Positions 50,801 to 60,553 are shown, counted from the stretch's first letter. The stretch is 64,000 nucleotides of DNA from Poseidonia sp. (GCA_030827365.1 JAUREO010000003.1:972-64971); one strand, 5' to 3'. Numbers and translations are program-made. The notes: generated by a model from the letters alone, not told the origin.

Positions 50801-52972
50801 CTCAGTTTCAATCGTGTGCCAACGTTCACTCGGGGTCATGATGGCAACAGGTTCGTGCATTTGTCCATCAATCAATCTCACACTGCTCGATGTTTGAATA
50901 TTGTTCACACTTACACGAAGACCGCCTCTTGAATTGGCCACAAATGGCAAGGTAATCTCTTCATTTCCTCCGGTAGGCACGGAACCGTATCTTACTTCAT
51001 TCACACCCATGACAAACGATGAAGTTGGCCCAACATTGACCTGAGTCCGTGCATAATGTGGTGCGCTCAATCCTGCAAAGTTAACGATTCCAGAACCGAC
51101 AACTTCAACATCAACTTCAGCATACATTGTGCCAAGAACTTCCACAGATGATGAAAGTCCATACAAAGCAGATGTGATGGCAGCAAACTCCGTCTCGTTG
51201 AATTGAACAAGCCCATTGTGCACCCCTGTTCCATAACTTTTCGTGACAACGGTTTGACTTTGCACAGAGAAAACTAATGCTTCAACATGCCCAGTTGAAG
51301 CGACGAAAGAAAGCGATAGCGACTTCATTGTATCTCGTGGAGCCCAAAACGAGAAGGAACCCAGATTGCTGTTTGATACAGAAACTGTGTATGCAGTGTT
51401 CTTGTTCACGAACACATTCTGCCATCCCCACATTCCAACTCGTTCATCTCCACCTCCCCATTCAAATCGTCCATCGAGGCCGAGGTCAAGACCAGGAAGT
51501 GTTGGTTGCAATCCACCGTAGAATGAATGGTGAAGTTCGTTGATTTGCCAATTTCCTGTAGGCCCGCCGTTCGAGGATGAAATTCTGAACTGAACTCCAC
51601 TCATCTGGCCAGAGACATTGAAACTGTGTGGCAAGGTGATGTTACTCCAAGGCTCGGTCGGCTGTGTTCGATATTGAATCAAAGCATTCGAGGAAATCCC
51701 AGAAACTTGTCCTCCATAAAGTGGGGTATGAGAGAGGAACCAAGGTGAAATGAGTTCATCAGTTCCACCACCGGCAACTGAGTTAGTTGACGAACTGTAA
51801 ACACTGCCGTTGAGTTCCCAGCCTCGTAACTCAGGATTGGTGTAGAAATTTTCTTCGATGGTTCCGTCACCTGAAATGGAGTACAACGTCGGCATGCCAG
51901 ATGAGGAGCCGGTCAATTCGAGATGAAGTCTAAATTGTGAATAGGTCTCATGATCGATACCGCTCATTGGGATAACAAGCGTGTTCGAGCCTCGTAGACC
52001 AGGTATTGGCAATCCGCTTGCATCAACTACGGTCCAATTCAGATACGCACCTTGAGGAACATTGGCCTCCAAATACAATGGTGCGTATGTGTTTCTCGAC
52101 AAAACTTGTGTTGAGCCGGAGAGCCATCCAAGTGATGGACTCGTCCAGTTTGATTGCGGAGGGGATACGATGTGGACATCGTCAACAAACCAATAATCAC
52201 AACATGTACCACTGCCTGAGTTCTGATAGATTCGGAATTGAGAAGTGGAGTGAAGTGCTGCAGCTGGAAGAGTGTAGACTACATTCGTCACCGTACCACC
52301 AGAGGTTGAACCCATGAATGTTTGGAAGGTATTCCAAGAGTTTGAACTCGTTTTGTATTGTAGGTAAAGATCTTCATTGCTGTCCGGTTCTTCTCCGCAT
52401 CCGCTCGAACCTTGTCTTACCCATGCATGGAATGGAATGTTGCTTCCACCTGCAAGATTGATGGTGGGTGAGGTTGCATAGGATGAACCAGCATAGGTTC
52501 GAATTGAACCTCCAGAACTGCCGTTGAGTCCACAACTCGGTGATGTGACTTGTGCACCATATCCTGAGAACGTCCAGCCTTGAGCACCGTTGTTAAAATC
52601 CCACAAGGTTCCAGCAGAGGTTCCCGTCATGGTGTTTCCTTGAATGCTGACTCCGCCATTTGTCGCATCACTATGTGACCAAATACTGCTGTCGTCCCAT
52701 ACAAATCCGGAATGCATGGCCGTTGCGTATGGCTCGATTTCGAGGGATGCTGATGTAAGTGGTTCACCTTCAGGAAGGACCAACTTGAAATTTGTATTTG
52801 GTGAATTCGGATTGAGCGTCAATGAAGACGTTTGGCTTGAGGATGATTTTCCGATGGGTTGTTCATCACCGAGTGTGGTCATCGAGACCTGTTCGAAGAG
52901 CGCGACTTGTGAAGAAAACAAAAAGATGCTAACGAGCAAGAGTGCGTTTCTTGCTTGCGACCCACTCGCCAT
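47882..52972 (-). CDS. Giant membrane-anchored surface protein with a reelin-like domain and Ig-like domains
   Basis: Signal peptide, reelin-like 'LPAAA...QFRIYQ...DYWFVDDV', CARDB-like domain, C-terminal TM, acidic and Trp-rich tail. Confidence 0.8.
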   Translation of the reverse strand: MASGSQARNALLLVSIFLFSSQVALFEQVSMTTLGDEQPIGKSSSSQTSSLTLNPNSPNTNFKLVLPEGEPLTSASLEIEPYATAMHSGFVWDDSSIWSHSDATNGGVSIQGNTMTGTSAGTLWDFNNGAQGWTFSGYGAQVTSPSCGLNGSSGGSIRTYAGSSYATSPTINLAGGSNIPFHAWVRQGSSGCGEEPDSNEDLYLQYKTSSNSWNTFQTFMGSTSGGTVTNVVYTLPAAALHSTSQFRIYQNSGSGTCCDYWFVDDVHIVSPPQSNWTSPSLGWLSGSTQVLSRNTYAPLYLEANVPQGAYLNWTVVDASGLPIPGLRGSNTLVIPMSGIDHETYSQFRLHLELTGSSSGMPTLYSISGDGTIEENFYTNPELRGWELNGSVYSSSTNSVAGGGTDELISPWFLSHTPLYGGQVSGISSNALIQYRTQPTEPWSNITLPHSFNVSGQMSGVQFRISSSNGGPTGNWQINELHHSFYGGLQPTLPGLDLGLDGRFEWGGGDERVGMWGWQNVFVNKNTAYTVSVSNSNLGSFSFWAPRDTMKSLSLSFVASTGHVEALVFSVQSQTVVTKSYGTGVHNGLVQFNETEFAAITSALYGLSSSVEVLGTMYAEVDVEVVGSGIVNFAGLSAPHYARTQVNVGPTSSFVMGVNEVRYGSVPTGGNEEITLPFVANSRGGLRVSVNNIQTSSSVRLIDGQMHEPVAIMTPSERWHTIETEYTVLGGNIQYLRLDVFGTLHHATVLYQLDGNPALEVGDTSAILLPELNKFTHDVNGTKVTSSATFRIAPSWDDEMMLSASLRLVMSNGVASIPFVQTWGSASDQGYENDLLIRSISYTTTDGPAPPTQQYLKGGEPLELSIQIGFEGVNSEDAFPAGFGEVQLWRGETLVANTTQLDGTYWNYTDTIPFTYADVVWTVKLVSLNGSHIGQPSEMSRTFTVDSVRPKVMETNLPHYGYRSPSPTQTIQVTIRDQPVLPTNVTPMVWREWLNDYNMNGWPDEDEYVPMTFNLPYNLSALTGLYTLQLDDTSGALGHKVAVYITGTDPSGYQIQGAGGPEYDQHLMMYQLGVSAQPKVEPDAFNWYGGRKAWLHPQEIYTLNVDVNEPNGASDLAIVEVALASNQGSDSMTIAWSFETGNCTTISPHLIIDDCEMKAKDGTTAGPYETDLVLSIDFHLSWSTPDLGETRREPSIRIEDRSGLDVLRTFPEKRWRFSSNMMIPEESVQLYLSAGSFLGDGARVVPNTPMEISGGLVFSETNSVPAFDCDVNILFAGRTILATAKDGIWSTELTAPPTSGEVPLTWGVDCIEGQGQDVTEKETSVKWILVDGIGPEPVEVLSPRAQAILSASEHDVLLTVNEIGGLDVQSLQIRWEVADFETGKVLRDGVEPLILESEFPDGLLLELSSSFNLSEISRDMLIDRLVVHLYLEGRDLAGNNVIGIGGKAAGQPIQTWNMEWLQPEFEIDSAGIVYSRYLVDVAQTTAVTVEVSNSGTLDGEVELNIYWIELDGTSALLQRVKVFVPEGGVASTTLDWAPERPGVQWIEVELENGARASGPTIDARVPEELTLSEKVFGDANPVLGSIAALLFIGILLTSLIWLIRLTGNRGSKEAYDWDEYSSEYAEEDDIDEERFEEMSNRKEVPKISVASTASNAIETQTEETDWVMGADGYWWYHDKESNEWWYKDADGNIVKHP

Positions 52973-53081
52973 GTCATTGGCGTGAACTTTGAAGGTCTTG
53001 AATGAAACGCTTTTTCCAATTGGCCAAGTCTTTGGGTCGATTAGAGGAATTTTGAAGAAATCGGCTTTGTTGGCGTTCAAT

Positions 53082-56000
53082 ATGCCTCATCCAAAACCCG
53101 TCGGAGAACTCAATCCGGTGGACCTCGAAAACAGCCTTCTCAAACGCTGGGGAGAGGAGAAAACCTTCGAGCAATCCATCGAGGTTCGAAGGCAAGGGGC
53201 ACCGTTCATTTTTCTTGAAGGCCCTCCAACAGCCAACGGCAAACCCGGAATTCATCACGTTGTGGCAAGAACCTACAAAGATCTCGTCTGTCGCTGGAAA
53301 GCAATGGAAGGATTCCTCGTCGAGCGAAAAGGAGGTTGGGACACACATGGACTTCCAGTTGAAATTGAAGTGCAAAAAAGACTGAATTTGATGAGCAACC
53401 AAGCCATTGAAGAATTTGGAATGCAAGAATTCAATGATGCGTGTAGAGAGTCGGTTTGGACCTACGAATCTGCTTGGCGTGAGATGACAGAACGAATGGC
53501 GTACTGGGTCGATTTGGACAACCCATATGTGACGTTGCACAACGATTATGTCGAATCATGCTGGTGGGCCATGAAGCAAATGTTCGAGAAAGGATTGTTG
53601 TATCGTGGCTACAAAGTCTTGCCATATTGCCCCCAAACTGGAACATCATACTCAAGCCACGAAGTCGCACTCGGTTACAAAGAAGTGGAAGAGCCATCGG
53701 TGTATGTAAAATTCAAACTCATCGACGAAGACGCGTATATTTTGGCATGGACAACAACACCATGGACGCTTCCAGGAAATGTTGGCTTGGCTGTTGGCCC
53801 TGATGTGACATATGTTCGTGTCCGAATTTCAGCACAACCAGAGCATTGGGATGGCAGTGGAGGAGCAAACGATGGCGAAGAGTTGATTCTCGCAAAGGAC
53901 CTCATGAAAGAAGTGCTTCGCCACCACGTTGAGATCATCGAAGAATTCACTGGTTCTTCACTCGTCGGAAAATCTTACGAACCTCTATTTCCCAATGCTG
54001 TACCGAAAGGAGATTCGACCACAGCGTGGACCGTGCTCTCTGCTGATTGGGTCACGACCACCGACGGTACTGGTGTTGTTCACACCGCTGTCATGTATGG
54101 TGAGGACGATTACAATCTGGGCATGGAAGTTGGTTTACCTGCCTTCCATACGGTGGGTATGGACGGGGCTTTTGTTGCAGGAGTTCATCCAGAACTTGAT
54201 GGTCGATATGTCAAAGAATGCGATGGGACCATCATCGACTTACTTTCAGCACCTGGTGGTAGCAACGAAAAAGGCCCAGTCAGTGGACTTTTGTACCGGG
54301 AAAAATCTTACGCCCACGATTATCCTCATTGCTGGAGAACCGACCACCCGCTCTTGTATTACGCCATGGATTCTTGGTTCGTCAAAATGACAGCGGTCAA
54401 AGAACGCCTTCTCGAATTCAACAGTCAAGTTGAGTGGGCACCCGATTGGGTTGGCGAAGGTAGATTTGGAGAATGGCTGCGAAACATCAAGGACTGGGCC
54501 ATTTCAAGAGAACGTTACTGGGGAACACCATTGCCGGTTTGGCGCTCCGAAGATGGTGAAATGAAGTGTGTAGGCTCGATAAAGGAACTTCAAGAGGAAG
54601 TGAAAACTGCCATATCTGCTGGATTTGATAATCCTGCATGCCCTGATGATGTTGATCTGCACCGACCTGTTGTTGACGGATTCACCTTGGTTTCTTCCAA
54701 CGGTCTACCGATGAAGCGAGAACCATTTGTGATGGACTGCTGGTTCGATTCTGGTTGTGCTTCCTTTGCACAGTGGCATCATCCATTCGATGGTGGGGAA
54801 CAATTTGCCAAGACGTTTCCAGTGGATTACATCTGTGAAGGCGTTGACCAAACAAGAGGTTGGTTCTACACTTTGCTTGCCGTTTCGACCACTGTATTCG
54901 ATTCAATCTGCTACAAACGTTGCCTTTCCTTAGGCCTCATTCTTGATGCAGAGGGCAAAAAAATGTCGAAATCTCGAGGCAATATTGTGGACCCATGGGA
55001 CCATTTCAATCGAGAGGGTGCAGACTCAACCCGTTGGTACATGGTCACTGCAGGGGCACCATGGAATCCACTCAAATTCGACCCCAATGGTGTTCGAGAA
55101 ACCTACGGGAAAATGTTCTCGACCCTTTGGAATGTTTACAAATTCCACGCAGATTACGCTGCTATGGATGGGTTCGACCCACAGGCACAGGATGTACCCA
55201 TTGAAAGCCGACCACTTCTCGACCAGTGGATTTTATCTCGACTAAGTACGGTTTCGACCTCTTACCACCAGTCTTTTGTCGATTGGGAATTCCATAAGGC
55301 ATGTCGAGAACTTGAAGACTTCGTCGTCAATGATGTTTCAAATTGGTATGTTCGACGAAGCCGTCGTCGTTTGTGGGAAGAAGGACATAGTGAGGACAAA
55401 CTCTCATGTCAACAAACCTTGCACGAAGTGCTCGTGACTGTGTGCCGACTTGTAGCACCTGTTGCACCGTTCATGGTGGATGAGATCCATCGCAATCTCG
55501 AAGGTACTTCTGTCCATACAGCACCGTGGCCTGCAGGTACGCCAGGGCTTACCGAAGGAGCAACCGCTGATTTATGGGATGCTGATTTAGTAGCACTCAC
55601 AGCCACATTGCCAAAACACAACAAAGAACTTGAGCAGAAAATGGACCTTGTTCGCGAACTTGCGGAATCGGGTCGTCGAATTCGTGTCAATCATAACCGA
55701 AGACAGAGATTACCATGTGCTCAAGGGTGGATTGTTTCAGGTCCAGACCTCTCCGATTTCCACGAGATCTTAGAAGAAGAACTCAATGTCGAATCCATTG
55801 AAGTTGAAACAAATCTCGACCGATTCCAAAAGGTTGAGTTGCAACCTAATTTCAGAAATCTCGCTCCTAAGGCTCGTGCTGAAGTGAATGCGGTTGCGAC
55901 TGCGATTCGTGAAATCGAGGATGTCGAAGCTTTTCTTGAGCAAGTTCGAAACAAAACAGCCTCAATTCTCGGTGTTGCAATTGAGGAAGATGACATTGAA

Positions 56001-56363
56001 ACTCGTCGAGCAGAACGATTTGGATTTGCTGCTGAAACGCTTCGGCTCGAAGACGAAAACAATCATTCGATTAGCCTCGTCCTCGACATGAACGATACAC
56101 CTGACCTTCTTTCGAAGGGATTGGCCCGAGACATTACGCGAAGAATCCAAGCAAAGCGCAAGGAAATGGATTTACCAATGGAAGCAACAATTTCTCTCAA
56201 TATTTGGATGCTTGACGCCCCCGAACTGTTTGACCACGATGCTCATTACATTAACACAGAAACAAGGGCTTCGTCCGCATCGTATCATCCAAATTCGAAA
56301 CCGGAACTAGAAACCGATTCGTTCGAAGTCGATGGAGCAACCGTTTGGTTTCGCGTTGAATAG
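53082..56363 (+). CDS. ileS: Isoleucine--tRNA ligase (IleRS2-like, GIHH motif)
   Basis: 'EGPPTANGKPGIHH', 'GWDTHGLPVE', 'WTTTPWTLP', 'DWAISRERYWG', 'EGVDQTRGWF', KMSKS. Confidence 0.97.
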   Translation: MPHPKPVGELNPVDLENSLLKRWGEEKTFEQSIEVRRQGAPFIFLEGPPTANGKPGIHHVVARTYKDLVCRWKAMEGFLVERKGGWDTHGLPVEIEVQKRLNLMSNQAIEEFGMQEFNDACRESVWTYESAWREMTERMAYWVDLDNPYVTLHNDYVESCWWAMKQMFEKGLLYRGYKVLPYCPQTGTSYSSHEVALGYKEVEEPSVYVKFKLIDEDAYILAWTTTPWTLPGNVGLAVGPDVTYVRVRISAQPEHWDGSGGANDGEELILAKDLMKEVLRHHVEIIEEFTGSSLVGKSYEPLFPNAVPKGDSTTAWTVLSADWVTTTDGTGVVHTAVMYGEDDYNLGMEVGLPAFHTVGMDGAFVAGVHPELDGRYVKECDGTIIDLLSAPGGSNEKGPVSGLLYREKSYAHDYPHCWRTDHPLLYYAMDSWFVKMTAVKERLLEFNSQVEWAPDWVGEGRFGEWLRNIKDWAISRERYWGTPLPVWRSEDGEMKCVGSIKELQEEVKTAISAGFDNPACPDDVDLHRPVVDGFTLVSSNGLPMKREPFVMDCWFDSGCASFAQWHHPFDGGEQFAKTFPVDYICEGVDQTRGWFYTLLAVSTTVFDSICYKRCLSLGLILDAEGKKMSKSRGNIVDPWDHFNREGADSTRWYMVTAGAPWNPLKFDPNGVRETYGKMFSTLWNVYKFHADYAAMDGFDPQAQDVPIESRPLLDQWILSRLSTVSTSYHQSFVDWEFHKACRELEDFVVNDVSNWYVRRSRRRLWEEGHSEDKLSCQQTLHEVLVTVCRLVAPVAPFMVDEIHRNLEGTSVHTAPWPAGTPGLTEGATADLWDADLVALTATLPKHNKELEQKMDLVRELAESGRRIRVNHNRRQRLPCAQGWIVSGPDLSDFHEILEEELNVESIEVETNLDRFQKVELQPNFRNLAPKARAEVNAVATAIREIEDVEAFLEQVRNKTASILGVAIEEDDIETRRAERFGFAAETLRLEDENNHSISLVLDMNDTPDLLSKGLARDITRRIQAKRKEMDLPMEATISLNIWMLDAPELFDHDAHYINTETRASSASYHPNSKPELETDSFEVDGATVWFRVE

Positions 56364-56371
56364 GTGAGGAA

Positions 56372-57142
56372 TTGAGAATAGTTTCTCTTGTTCCAAGTCT
56401 CACAAAATCACTTTTTGATTTGGGCTGTACAAGCGATGAAGTTGTAGGCAGAACTCCTTGGTGTATTCACCCTGCTGAACATGTCTCAAACGTTGTTGTG
56501 GTTGGGGGCACAAAAACACCGAACTTAGGGAAAATAGAGCGGAGCAAGCCCACATTAATCGTGCTCGATCGTGATGAGAATCCTCTTGAAGTATATCAGT
56601 GGGCTCAATCAAAAAACATCGAGACATTTGTCTGCCATCTTAAGCACCCAAGGGATGTGCCTTCGATGTTGAAGGAATTGGGTTCCCATATTGGAAAAAA
56701 TGAACAAGCCGACTACTATTCAAACGGCATTCAAAAAGCTCTGGAATCCATTCCAGCAATACAAATCCGACCAGTCGTATTACCACTCATTTGGCATGAA
56801 CCATTGATGGCAGTCAGTCCAGAAAAATATGCAGGGGGCATCATCGAAGCCATCGGATTCAAAGTACCACGCCTCGAAGAAGGTGGAACAGGATACCCTA
56901 TCGTGAGCGCACGACAGATTGTCGAGAATCAGATTGAAGGACTATTACTTTCAAGCGAGCCACATGAATTCGCACTCGCCGAAGGTGAAGCGATTTGTGA
57001 TGAAGTTGAGAGCATCTCGGGTTTTCGGCCATGGTGTGAATGCGTCAATGGAGAGGATTTGACATGGATGGGAACGACAACGATGCGTGCTATTTCGTGT
57101 CTATATGAAGCACTCAAGCACCGCCTACCAACACAACAATGA
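56372..57142 (+). CDS. Helical-backbone metal receptor (BtuF-like) family protein lacking a signal peptide
   Basis: 'RIVSLVPSLT', 'VGRT.WC.HP', 'VGGTKTP', 'LSSEP'. Confidence 0.8.
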   Translation: MRIVSLVPSLTKSLFDLGCTSDEVVGRTPWCIHPAEHVSNVVVVGGTKTPNLGKIERSKPTLIVLDRDENPLEVYQWAQSKNIETFVCHLKHPRDVPSMLKELGSHIGKNEQADYYSNGIQKALESIPAIQIRPVVLPLIWHEPLMAVSPEKYAGGIIEAIGFKVPRLEEGGTGYPIVSARQIVENQIEGLLLSSEPHEFALAEGEAICDEVESISGFRPWCECVNGEDLTWMGTTTMRAISCLYEALKHRLPTQQ

Positions 57143-57172
57143 CTTCAAATGAGACTGCACCGAGGCATGAAC

Positions 57173-58567
57173 ATGCGACGGGCAATCCTTGCTGTGTTCA
57201 TGGTCACCATCATGACACTTGCAGGATGTTTTTCAGCAGAAGAAGATGACGCAAAGGACATTCAACAACCAAATATTTGGGAAAATTATCAGAGGATTGA
57301 TGCCCAAACACACGTTGATGAGCGGATGTTTCAGACCATCGATTTGAGAACAAATCAATCAACCAATACAAGTTGGGCAGTGTTTGACCGCACCTATGGG
57401 GGTAACTGTTGCGAACACTATCTCGCCACGACTATCGAGGGTTCAATACTGAACATTGGCGGTGAATATCCAGTGTACTCTATCGACAGGGGGCACGAGT
57501 GGGATACCTATATTCCGGGTGTCTTACCAGACACTCAATGCTTAACCTTCGTGCCAACAAATCCTGGTCAAGAGGGCTTAGGTGAGGGTAGTATTGTTCA
57601 AGCGACAAATGGAGATATCATCTCAATGTCATGGTTCCCATACATCGGTGCCGATGGAAAATTGGACAAGTTCTACGCTATTTTGTACGACGAATCCGAG
57701 ATGGCGTGGAAATGGTGTTACAACAGATTGACAGAACCATTCTATGACCGCTCTTGGCAAGTTGAGGTTGTTGGCCCAATCGATTCAAGTCTCGGAAACG
57801 GTGAATGGGCAAGCCTTGTGGTCTCAAATTTCTGGCACCAAACTCAAAACGCGGGTGGTCAAATCAGCGTGGATGGCCTAAACTACTACCCGATTCAATT
57901 TCCAGGAAGAGGTGGCGGTGAACCAATTGAAGAGCTTAACCTCACCTTCACAGACCTCCCAGCATACTGGGATGTGAATAAGCCACACAAAGAGATGCGA
58001 GCGTTTCCAATTCCGAGCGGAGGTCTACTTTTCCCCGCTTATTTTAACAACGGAAATGCGGCTTTCCTTGATACATCCCTGTCGTGGAACGAAGTGGAAA
58101 TTCAATTCCCGAGTGAATATTGCCACATCGACCGTTCAGGTACAATCCATTGTGTTTCTTTGCAGTCCAATGTCTTCACACACTACGCCTCAACCGATGG
58201 TGCACTTTCATGGAAAAATCAAACCTATGACCTCTCGGGAACAGCAACGTCGATTGAAGAATGGGAATTCCAAGGCAATGGTGAACTCGATCTGTTCATC
58301 CTCAACATTCGGTATCAGTCCAGGGAAGGGCCTGACGCCGACATCGTGTATCATGTTCGAGGATATTCCGAGGATATGTCTCCGGATACTTTGACCTACA
58401 TTGGCCTTGGCGACCTTGATTCAACCTCTGGGGCAGGAAACGACATAAGATTCGACTTTGCATCATTGGGTGTGCTACGAGATGGCGGTGTCGTTGTTGC
58501 TTTCCACGATTCAAGTCACGCTGACCCACTTTTTGCTGTTGAACTTGACCTCCCTTTAAGCAAATGA
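57173..58567 (+). CDS. Hypothetical lipoprotein, probable BNR/Asp-box beta-propeller
   Basis: Lipobox 'TLAGC'; Asp-box-like 'SIDRGHEW' and 'STDGALSW'. Confidence 0.72.
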   Translation: MRRAILAVFMVTIMTLAGCFSAEEDDAKDIQQPNIWENYQRIDAQTHVDERMFQTIDLRTNQSTNTSWAVFDRTYGGNCCEHYLATTIEGSILNIGGEYPVYSIDRGHEWDTYIPGVLPDTQCLTFVPTNPGQEGLGEGSIVQATNGDIISMSWFPYIGADGKLDKFYAILYDESEMAWKWCYNRLTEPFYDRSWQVEVVGPIDSSLGNGEWASLVVSNFWHQTQNAGGQISVDGLNYYPIQFPGRGGGEPIEELNLTFTDLPAYWDVNKPHKEMRAFPIPSGGLLFPAYFNNGNAAFLDTSLSWNEVEIQFPSEYCHIDRSGTIHCVSLQSNVFTHYASTDGALSWKNQTYDLSGTATSIEEWEFQGNGELDLFILNIRYQSREGPDADIVYHVRGYSEDMSPDTLTYIGLGDLDSTSGAGNDIRFDFASLGVLRDGGVVVAFHDSSHADPLFAVELDLPLSK

Positions 58568-58570
58568 AGT

Positions 58571-60553
58571 TCAATCAAATGAGTTCAAAATTCTGCCAAA
58601 CAAGGCTTCGATTGCTCCAGAGTTCCTCTGATGCAATCGACGAAGAATCAGTTCTGGTGTTGATTGGGCAAGATAATTCCTCCTCGGATTTCGATCGACA
58701 ACGAGTTCAAGATGCTCATCAAGTCCACGTGCCTCGATACCGTCAACTCTGAGGTCATTACGACCTGTTGCTTGTAGAATTGCTGGTGCTAAATGCGTCA
58801 CGAGAACAGTGGTTGTGTTTTCTTGTTGTTCGGCTGCAAGAAGCATACCTGCGATGATTTTTGCCCCTGCCCCTGGTTCGGTGATTGCTTCGAGTTCGTC
58901 AGCGAAAATGAATTTCGGTGCTTCATCCGAAACTACCCTTGCAAGTTGTTCAAGAGTTTGTTCAAGAGCCCCCGCACTTTGTGTTCCACCTGCCTTTGCA
59001 AGCACATGAAGTGATTCAACACGAGCAACGATTGCACTTTTTGCTGGCACAGGGAGGCCCATGTGGGCGAGGATGACCACAAAGGAGAGGGTTTCAAGCA
59101 AAGTGGTTTTTCCGCCAGAATTAGCTCCGGTGAGAAGTGCTAAATTTTGTTGGTCACCCTTTGGAGCACATGTGCCCAGTGCGTAAGTGACTGGTTCAGG
59201 TGTGCCATCGATAAAAGGGTGAAAGGCATCTTCGACAACGAGTCCATGCTCACAAAACCTTGGTATTGAACACCCGTTTGCCGTCGACCATCGACCAATC
59301 GACATCCATATATCGAGCTCAATACTATCTTGCATCCATTTCTTTGCCCTTTGCATAAAAGGCTGTAGAGCCACTGCAAGAGATACTATTTTTTGAGTTG
59401 CATTTGATTCAATCATTTCGGTTAATGTCGAATGAATTTCGTCAAGTTCAGATTTGTTGAGAACCGCTGGCCAGCCTTCTGAAAACAATTGCAAAGAACA
59501 TTGGATTCCTGCTGGTTCAAGAAATGAACTGAATTTTTGATGGGCATGTTCTACAGCATCTTCGATAATATCTGACGTTGCAGATTGAAGTTTTCTTTTC
59601 AATGAAGAATTATTACTCAACGCTTCAAGAAGTTCTTCACCTTGAAGTGCTACACTTTGATGTTGAATAGCCAAAGTTACTTCATCGTGCATTTCTTGCT
59701 CGATTGATTTTGCTTTTTTCCATAAATGGTCTCGAATACTTTCCAACACATCTTCTTGACCTAAGGAAGAAAGCATGGTCAAGAATTTTTCAAGTCCCTC
59801 GGATTCTTGTTTACGCTGGATAATTGTTTCAAAATGTGGATTAGGTGTGGTTATTGATGAACAATGTTCGATCAATTTTAGCAATGTTTTGATGACTTCG
59901 GCATTGGCTTGAAACCAATCAATGATGTATTCTGGTAAAATTCTGAAATCATCAACGTCTTCAGGAAGGACAATCCAGCCTTCTGGTGTATCCATTGGTG
60001 CACCTTGACCCAACCATGTCACTTTTGCAAACACGGTATAATCCTTCCAAGATTCTTCTTCAGAAGGCGTATAGATTCTGCATTTTCCTTCAAATGAAGG
60101 CAGTGGTTTTCTTGATACAACGACTCGGTCGTACCGTTTATTTGGCTCTTTGAATGAACGTAAATTTTCCATGATTTCTTTGATTTCAATCAAGGTTTGG
60201 AAATCAATTTTCATTGCTGCACTTGAATGAGCAATTCTTTCTGACTGGTCTGTAAGAGGCATAAAGAGTTGAATTCGCTTCTTTGCAGCATTCGTAGCAC
60301 AATAGCTTTGAATATCCTTCATCAAAAGCTCATACAATCGACTTGCCTCTTTCGTGGCAAGAAATGAATCTGCTCCTCCAATAAATTGCCTTGCAAGTGA
60401 TAAGGCACGCTGGGACGAAATGCCTTGAACTTGTGCAATTTTGTCGACATCGCCATTTCGCAAAGAATCAAACACTCGTTCTTGATCTCCAAAATGTGCA
60501 GTCAATTTAACCATCAATTTATCGCTTATCGCGTTCGATTGTTTTGAAAGCAT
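58571..60553 (-). CDS. Archaeal MutS-like ATPase (MutS5/MutS2-related) with N-terminal HhH
   Basis: 'VQGISSQRA' HhH-like motif; MutS domain V 'TGANSGGKTT', 'AHMGLPVPA', 'ADELEAITEP', 'VTH'; no mismatch-binding or Smr domain seen. Confidence 0.85.
   Translation of the reverse strand: MLSKQSNAISDKLMVKLTAHFGDQERVFDSLRNGDVDKIAQVQGISSQRALSLARQFIGGADSFLATKEASRLYELLMKDIQSYCATNAAKKRIQLFMPLTDQSERIAHSSAAMKIDFQTLIEIKEIMENLRSFKEPNKRYDRVVVSRKPLPSFEGKCRIYTPSEEESWKDYTVFAKVTWLGQGAPMDTPEGWIVLPEDVDDFRILPEYIIDWFQANAEVIKTLLKLIEHCSSITTPNPHFETIIQRKQESEGLEKFLTMLSSLGQEDVLESIRDHLWKKAKSIEQEMHDEVTLAIQHQSVALQGEELLEALSNNSSLKRKLQSATSDIIEDAVEHAHQKFSSFLEPAGIQCSLQLFSEGWPAVLNKSELDEIHSTLTEMIESNATQKIVSLAVALQPFMQRAKKWMQDSIELDIWMSIGRWSTANGCSIPRFCEHGLVVEDAFHPFIDGTPEPVTYALGTCAPKGDQQNLALLTGANSGGKTTLLETLSFVVILAHMGLPVPAKSAIVARVESLHVLAKAGGTQSAGALEQTLEQLARVVSDEAPKFIFADELEAITEPGAGAKIIAGMLLAAEQQENTTTVLVTHLAPAILQATGRNDLRVDGIEARGLDEHLELVVDRNPRRNYLAQSTPELILRRLHQRNSGAIEALFGRILNSFD

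Noticed and set aside
52973..53081. Apparent head-to-head overlap of ileS and the giant surface gene (similar at 3147-3308, 4271-4402, 37908-38084)
   Set aside because: Artefact of longest-ORF start selection; trimmed starts leave normal gaps.
58571..60553. MutS-like gene as evidence of mismatch repair
   Set aside because: No mismatch-recognition domain seen and no mutL nearby; fits the known archaeal MutS5-type family.
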